From contig RHPI01003369.1 of the NCBI GenBank assembly GCA_009103225.1, positions 1,454,017-1,518,016 on the forward strand: 64,000 nucleotides of DNA. Reading direction: 5' to 3'. Both the position numbers and the translations under genes were made by a program. Source of the DNA: Chlorokybus atmophyticus (taxonomy: Eukaryota; Plantae; Mesostigma and Chlorokybus algae). How positions within the stretch are numbered: the stretch's first letter is position 1; every line of letters begins with the position of its first letter. Shown piece after piece: positions 61,236 to 64,000 of the stretch. The notes under the pieces are model-generated. The model was not told where the DNA came from and ran no database searches. It saw only the letters and a list, made by a program, of their open reading frames with translations.

Positions 61236-63400
61236 TTATTCGCACACTCTGCCAGCATCTACATAGCATTCAGCATCAACACCATCGTCTTCGCCACTGT
61301 CTGCACCCTCCGCATCGTCCGGGCTAGACAAAACCTCGGAAACAAGCGTGGCGTACACTCCGCGCAGCTCATCGGTGTCCACATACTCTGGCACATCAGA
61401 TGACGAGACAACATTGGCCACAATCACCGTTATGTCATCTTCCTTGCCACCTGCAAGCAAATATTGTGAGACGCGTGCGCTGCTCGCAACAATATCACAT
61501 ACACGTGTATCAAACCTGATCAGGTAGTACATTAAACATGAACGAAATGACATCTACACAACTGAACAAGCAGGTCGTTACAACTGCCGTGCATGGACGC
61601 CGAGTGACAGTACCTCTCATTCTGGTGAACATGCGCTGCAACAAGGGAACCTCGCCCTGCACAGCAAAAATGTGTTCATTCTCAACAGCCATTGCAGTAT
61701 CTCAGAAAACGTGTGCATTGTGGACTGACACTGTGCGCACCTCTGTCACTGCTCTTTGGTAGAAAGGAGACTCATATTTTACGTCACGTGAAAGAGCAGC
61801 AGCACGTTCCGCCAGAGCAGTTGCTGCGCAAGCAAGAGCACCAGTTGTTAATGTTGTGAGTCTACAGGCCACAGCACATGTACAATGAGGTCATAAAGAC
61901 CCACCAACAAGAAGTTGATGCTCAGCATTCAGTAAATGACATACCTGTTTGTTGAGCGCTCGCTATCGTGCGCAACTTGTTGTTCTGTGCACATGGAATC
62001 ACGGTGAAAGTTTATGACTGCACTGCAGCAGCTCATGACAATTGCTGGAGTGCGTGTGATTGATTGCATTGCGTACCTCTTGCACAATTGTCACAACCTC
62101 TTTATCAAACAGATTGTCCCACAAACCATCCGTGGCCAAGAGAATTGTGTCTCCAAGCCTCAGCTGGTACTCGATCACCTGCAGACACACATAACTTATC
62201 CTCCGCTGTCATGTTGCACATGCACGTAACAGTGAAATACTTACATCCGCATCCACGGCCAGATCAGCAGCAAACTTGAAGCTTCCGTCACTAGCAAATT
62301 GTAGGGGGCAGTTGAAATAATGCTCAAGCACAGGACTGGAATACACTATCCGATCATTTCTGATTATCCTGAAGCCGCTATCTCCCAAATTGCCCGCAAC
62401 CAAATCGCCTTCTGGTGACAGTGTAATCACGCACCTGCCATGCAAATTGTTATAGGTTCTTGCATCTGAACAGACACCATCCATGAAACAGCCTTGCAGA
62501 GACACCAGGCCACAATTGCACCATTAGAGTCTACTCATGCAGGGGCAAAGTGTATCACCCCGGACCCCAACAGGTCATACAGGCAGCTGGGTGAACGCTG
62601 CTGCCTGAAACTGATGACTTCAGCTGTCAAGAACATAAGCCGAGTGCGCCCCCATTTGTAAACGATTGGGGTACACTCGGCTTTTGCTTGGTGCATTTGA
62701 GGTGAGGTAAACTTGCAATGCTCGGTATAGGTATGATCGTGCCATACATGGTTGCGGCGCCTGGTGCTGTTGTCCTGGCTTGAGACAGAGCCAACATGCG
62801 CCGTGGATGACCATCTGCCTGCCACGCATGCATGCATGAGCGGTGTGAACACTGCAAGTGCCCACACGGATGATGTGCTTAGCATGCACTCACTTCACCG
62901 TCCTCAACGATTATTTGCGCTGAGGACATCAACTGTTGTGCAAAGATCTTGGGGTCCACTCCATCCGCTGCACACCTGACAATCTGTACATTAGGGAGTG
63001 CCCCCCGCATGTCTTTCTTGTTGGCACGTCAATATGGACAACCTTGACAAACTGCCAACACGCTAGCAGTATGTTGCTGGCATTCATCACTGGCAAACCA
63101 CCCACACAAAGACTCACCCGCTCACGCCGTCTGAAACACCAATCGCTCCACCCCTCCTTCTTGATATGAACCACGCATCTTCACCACCTTTTGCAGCCTA
63201 GATTGGAAGCAATGAGTGTGAACACAGTGTACAGTACATAGCTGACATTTCCAATGATGAGTGCTGCCGCGCTCACCTTGTCTTTATGAGGAATGTTAGC
63301 CACTCCCACAGCCAAGGCCACTGGAGGGGCAGGTAGTCGAGGTGGCTGCTCCCTGCCAAGTCAGGGACATTTTGTTGGCCACTGGCACAAACATTTCAAG
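61236..63400 (-). CDS. PP2C-family phosphatase, PTC7-like, multi-exon; 5' end beyond or obscured by the gap
   Basis: GVANIPHKDK; L.AGNLGDSGFRIIR....SS..EHYFNCPLQ; GDTILLATDGLWDNLFD; A.ALAERA...SPF; GGKEDDITVIVA. Confidence 0.9.
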
Positions 63401-63449
63401 CAAAGTCACAAACAAAACCCTGCAGCTTAACTAGCCAAGCAGCCCCCCC

Positions 63450-63688
63450 CCGTAGCTGAGTGCCTGCACCCCAAACACCACCTTGCCCACGTCACTCGGC
63501 ACCCGCAGCCTCGACACCCTGAAACGCGGTACAAACGCCGCCCCGAGCCACTCCCACACGGGAGGGGTTGTATCATCAACCACATCACCATCCACATTCC
63601 CATCGACATCGACGACAGAGATTTTCTCCAAGTGGTAGAACACGTCCCAACGCAGAGGTGCCACGTCGCACATGTCCACGTCCCACCC
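63450..63688 (-). repeat. 239-bp apparently identical copy of 53327-53565 (ENGase last exon) next to an N-gap
   Basis: Base-for-base match by eye, bounded by a C-run and a gap. Probably an assembly artefact. Confidence 0.8.
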
Positions 63689-64000
63689 NNNNNNNNNNNN
63701 NNNNNNNNNNGCCCTGGGAACAAAGGAAAGAGATTGTGCAAAGAAGAGCATCACAGACAGATGCCTTGACTATCAACGTTGTGAAGGCAATGGTGCAAGG
63801 GTCAATTCATCCATCATGCAATGTTTCTGTTGACGCCATGTAGTAGCCAAGGTTGTAATTCAATTTAATTCAAGTTAGCAACGTGTTGGATCCTCAGCAA
63901 TGTATGAGTGCGTGCCTGCCATGAGCATGCACAATGGGCAAGGGACTGGCTGTTGACCTATGCCCATTGGGAAAAGCAATTGCGCAAAAACGAGCACCAC

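Noticed and set aside
63450-63688. Copy of an ENGase exon inside the PP2C 5' region, as possible exon shuffling
   Set aside because: Apparently identical to 53327-53565, starts at a C-run and ends at an N-gap, so a gap-filling error is the simplest explanation. Long reads would settle it.

Overview
Eukaryotic nuclear DNA, most likely from a green alga or early streptophyte. Evidence: spliceosomal GT-AG introns, a plastid transit peptide, a plant-type telo-box and a plant-type tRNAiMet primer site; the species cannot be determined. The window has two sharply different halves. Bases ~1-33 kb are a dense, nested field of decayed transposons: (a) about 7 copies or fragments of a ~2.35-kb gag-only Ty1/copia-type LTR element with half-tRNAiMet priming and a W-box-packed LTR, plus a second related copia family; (b) many pieces of a DIRS/PAT-like (tyrosine-recombinase class) retroelement with highly structured termini, an end-to-start junction and a TSD-less insertion; (c) Ty3/gypsy chromovirus relics; (d) one full-length, intron-containing pogo/Tigger-type DNA transposon. 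Bases ~34-64 kb are gene-dense: a small membrane protein, a plastid protein with a cyanobacterial-type C-terminus, a bacterial-type HTTM+DCC1-like membrane protein plus an inverted pseudogenic copy of its 5' exons, ubiquitin-RPS27a, a STAND-like P-loop ATPase, a plant-type FAD synthetase, a GH85 ENGase, mitochondrial-type RPL20 and a PTC7-type PP2C. Four N-gaps (15535-15618, 26379-26457, 35548-35926, 63689-63710) limit interpretation. All family assignments come from manual motif recognition; no database searches were run. The best candidates for new biology are the structured termini and junction of the DIRS-like element and the W-box-driven gag-only copia family.
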